Shown: positions 58,579 to 60,923 of the stretch, one piece after another
How the letters are laid out: each line of letters opens with the position of its first letter
Position numbering within the stretch: the stretch's first letter is position 1
Virus record (IMG/VR): IMGVR_UViG_3300044970_001619
Location: 62,001-122,923 of that record
Strand: one strand, 5' to 3'
Length of the DNA stretch: 60,923 nucleotides
Source of the DNA: an uncultured virus (IMG/VR IMGVR_UViG_3300044970_001619)
Lineage: Duplodnaviria > Heunggongvirae > Uroviricota > Caudoviricetes
Made by a program: the position numbers and the translations under genes
Notes under the pieces: model-generated
What the model was told of the DNA's origin: nothing
Database searches by the model: none
The model's input: the letters and a program-made list of their open reading frames with translations, nothing else

Positions 58579-59661
58579 TCAACCAATAGAAGGTGCAGTG
58601 AGAGCAACAGGAGTGTTCTCAGCAGCAGCAAGGTCAAGAGGGAAGTTGTGTGCGTTCCTTTCGTGCATCACCTCCATGCCCAGTCCAGCACGGTTCAGGA
58701 CATCAGCCCAGGTATTAACTACACGGTTCTGACTATCAACGATGCTCTGATTAAAGTTGAAGCCATTCAAATTGAAGGCCATCGTAGAAACACCAAGAGC
58801 AGTGAACCAGATGCCTACAACAGGCCAAGCAGCAAGGAAGAAGTGAAGTGAACGAGAGTTGTTGAACGATGCATACTGGAAGATCAGACGACCGAAGTAT
58901 CCATGAGCAGCAACGATGTTATAAGTCTCTTCTTCTTGACCGAACTTGTAACCATAGTTTTGCGATTCAGTTTCAGTGGTTTCACGAACCAGTGAGGAAG
59001 TAACCAGAGAACCGTGCATAGCACTGAACAGAGAACCACCGAAGACACCAGCAACTCCAAGCATATGGAAGGGGTGCATCAGGATGTTGTGCTCTGCCTG
59101 GAACACAAGCATGTAGTTGAACGTACCAGAGATACCAAGAGGCATACCATCAGAGAAAGAACCTTGACCGAAAGGATAGACCAAGAATACGGCAGTCGCA
59201 GCAGCAACAGGAGCACTGTAAGCAACCATAATCCAAGGACGCATACCAAGACGGTAAGAAAGTTCCCACTCACGACCCATATAGCAGAAAACACCAATGA
59301 GGAAGTGGAAGACTACCAACTGGTAAGGACCACCATTATAGAGCCATTCATCAAGACTTGCTGCTTCCCAGATAGGATAGAAGTGAAGACCAATCGCATT
59401 AGAAGATGGAACAACGGCACCAGAGATGATGTTGTTTCCATACATTAGAGAACCAGCAACTGGTTCACGAATGCCGTCAATGTCCACAGGGGGAGCACCG
59501 ACAAATGCGATGATGAAACAAATAGTAGCAACCAATAAAGTTGGAATACATAATACACCAAACCAACCAACATAAAGACGGTTGTCGGTAGAAGTAACCC
59601 ACTGGCAAAAAGATTCCCAGAGGTTTTCGCCAGAACGGCGTGAAGCAATTGTAGCAGTCAT
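58579..59661 (-). CDS. psbA: Photosystem II D1 protein (Glu130 type, intronless)
   Basis: Unambiguous D1; [15 protein letters not shown] plus C-terminal extension. Confidence 0.99.
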   Translation of the reverse strand: MTATIASRRSGENLWESFCQWVTSTDNRLYVGWFGVLCIPTLLVATICFIIAFVGAPPVDIDGIREPVAGSLMYGNNIISGAVVPSSNAIGLHFYPIWEAASLDEWLYNGGPYQLVVFHFLIGVFCYMGREWELSYRLGMRPWIMVAYSAPVAAATAVFLVYPFGQGSFSDGMPLGISGTFNYMLVFQAEHNILMHPFHMLGVAGVFGGSLFSAMHGSLVTSSLVRETTETESQNYGYKFGQEEETYNIVAAHGYFGRLIFQYASFNNSRSLHFFLAAWPVVGIWFTALGVSTMAFNLNGFNFNQSIVDSQNRVVNTWADVLNRAGLGMEVMHERNAHNFPLDLAAAENTPVALTAPSIG

Positions 59662-59679
59662 TTGTTAAAAAGGGTAAGT

Positions 59680-59780
59680 AAAAATTCAGGGGGGACTGAA
59701 CGGTACAAGTATTCCCCACGACACCCTCCATCGTGGATATGAGAGACGCTTTACTTCTGATGGTCTCGGTTGCAGAAGGT
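59680..59780 (-). ncRNA. Structured psbA 5' leader, PhotoRC-II-like cis-regulatory RNA
   Basis: CTTCTG/CAGAAG stem with GAGAC in its loop pairing with downstream GTCTC (pseudoknot), then a CCACGAT/GTCGTGG hairpin with a GGAGGG loop; directly upstream of psbA. Confidence 0.7.
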
Positions 59781-59815
59781 TACGGAACGTAAAGATTTGT
59801 CTTTGTTTCCTGACT

Positions 59816-59849
59816 TATTTATCATAGCACTGGGTGCCGATGGTGTCAA
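59816..59849 (-). promoter_or_regulatory. Tandem sigma70-type and late promoter for psbA
   Basis: TTGACA-N17-TATGAT immediately followed by TAAATA. Confidence 0.85.
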
Positions 59850-59854
59850 GGCAT

Positions 59855-59876
59855 AAAAAAGTCCCCTTTCGGGGAC
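59855..59876 (-). terminator. Intrinsic terminator
   Basis: GTCCCC-GAAA-GGGGAC-TTTTTT. Confidence 0.9.
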
Positions 59877-59882
59877 CGTAAA

Positions 59883-60101
59883 TCATTCTGCTACTTCTGT
59901 TTCTGGGAGTGGAATTTCTTCTGGTTGTGGTTCTGGTTGTGGAAGAGTCACACCTATTTGTGTAAGATACTCAATCGCACCTTGAACCTTCAAAAAAAGT
60001 TCTCTTTTTGTTGTGGCCTTAGTTTGAAGTCCTTCCAATTCAAGGGATAGGTCTTGTGCTTGCTTTACAAGATTCGCAAGATGTTCCTGTTGTTCAGTCA
60101 T
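59883..60101 (-). CDS. Small coiled-coil protein, paralog of 3590..3760
   Basis: KRELFLKVQGAIEYL; TATAAATA at 60122-60129; start reassigned to MTEQQ. Confidence 0.7.
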   Translation of the reverse strand: MTEQQEHLANLVKQAQDLSLELEGLQTKATTKRELFLKVQGAIEYLTQIGVTLPQPEPQPEEIPLPETEVAE

Positions 60102-60196
60102 AAAATTAAATAAACTCAATTTATTTATAGTATAATACATAAAGACAAATAACAAAATAACATCAATAAATAGTTACAAACATTACTTTTAGAAAA

Positions 60197-60658
60197 ATGA
60201 AAAGATTAGCACTTATCTTTTCGTTATTCTTCACTACTCCTGCTTTTGCTGGTGAAATCACATCAAAAATCACTGACTCAATTCAATTAAATGTTCAGGG
60301 TGCTGCGGTACAATCAGAAAGAGTCGGTGCCTCATATGCAGTTTCAGGCACCAATATTAATGTAACAACTCTTGGAGGAGTTGGTGGAGCAGGTTCTTAT
60401 GGTATCAATACAAACGGACAAGCATTTAGTTTCTCTGAAACATCAATTACTGCAGATGTTGATGTTACCTCTCAGTCGGCAGCTTCTGGAACAATTGCTT
60501 CTCCCAACCTTTATAGCAACTCTACTACTCAATTAGGTGGAGATAAGGGTTCTCTTGCTGGTACTTTAAGCGGAACTGGTGTTCCAACAATCACTGCTGG
60601 TGGTTCAGGAACAACTGGAACAGCACAACGTAGCGTTGAATTGAGCGTATTTAAGTGA
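60197..60658 (+). CDS. Secreted (signal peptide) beta-rich hypothetical protein
   Basis: MKRLALIFSLFFTTPAFA signal peptide; ATAAATA at 60166-60172. Confidence 0.75.
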   Translation: MKRLALIFSLFFTTPAFAGEITSKITDSIQLNVQGAAVQSERVGASYAVSGTNINVTTLGGVGGAGSYGINTNGQAFSFSETSITADVDVTSQSAASGTIASPNLYSNSTTQLGGDKGSLAGTLSGTGVPTITAGGSGTTGTAQRSVELSVFK

Positions 60659-60923
60659 GACACATAACTCTCGGACTGGTTACAGTTCTGGGAGTTATAA
60701 GTCCTTCATACGCTGGACCCGTAACTCCCAACTTCACCAGTGGGACTATTACATCTGAGACTAAAACACGCACTGAAGTTATTGAGACTATCAGGCAAAT
60801 AGAATATACTACTGGAACATCTTATACAGTCACTGGCACCAACATTAATATACCAGGAACTCCTGCTCCTGGTATGAATTACACAATTCAAACTCAAGGT
60901 GCTCCATTCCAATTTAGTGAGAC
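60655..60923 (+). CDS. Secreted hypothetical protein, truncated by the window edge
   Basis: GTG start overlapping the previous stop: MRHITLGLVTVLGVISPSYAGPVTPNFTSG...GAPFQFSE. Confidence 0.7.
   Translation, partial: MRHITLGLVTVLGVISPSYAGPVTPNFTSGTITSETKTRTEVIETIRQIEYTTGTSYTVTGTNINIPGTPAPGMNYTIQTQGAPFQFSE

Noticed and set aside
56171..59661. Group I introns in psbA or psbD
   Set aside because: Both ORFs are continuous and full length
1..60923. tRNA or rRNA genes
   Set aside because: No cloverleaf or rRNA-like sequence recognised in the short intergenic regions

Overview
About 61 kb of a T4-like cyanomyophage genome (Kyanoviridae-like; a freshwater Synechococcus/Cyanobium-type host is inferred, not shown). 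The window is AT-rich and mostly minus-strand. 1-31.5 kb holds a large tail-fibre/appendage cluster built from a three-gene cassette repeated three times, a 2510-aa paralog, and two Gly-Thr-Gln collagen-like fibres. 31.5-45 kb holds baseplate and head-completion genes (gp5, hub, gp51, gp26, gp54-like, gp4, gp2, gp48, gp53), CP12 and two virion murein hydrolases. 45-52 kb holds replication and nucleotide genes (gp32, gp59, gp33, exonuclease, phoH, thyX, glutaredoxin). 52-61 kb is a photosynthesis region (psbD, HNH endonuclease, psbA with a structured leader). Most notable: a circularly permuted Amidase_3 fused to an M23 peptidase, the triplicated appendage cassette, gp53 split into two genes, locally recoded psbD/psbA patches near an HNH endonuclease, a PlcP-like phosphoesterase, a Prim-Pol-like gene inside the tail cluster, and a repeated ~66-bp A-tract element. 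All calls come from reading motifs by eye; no searches were run.
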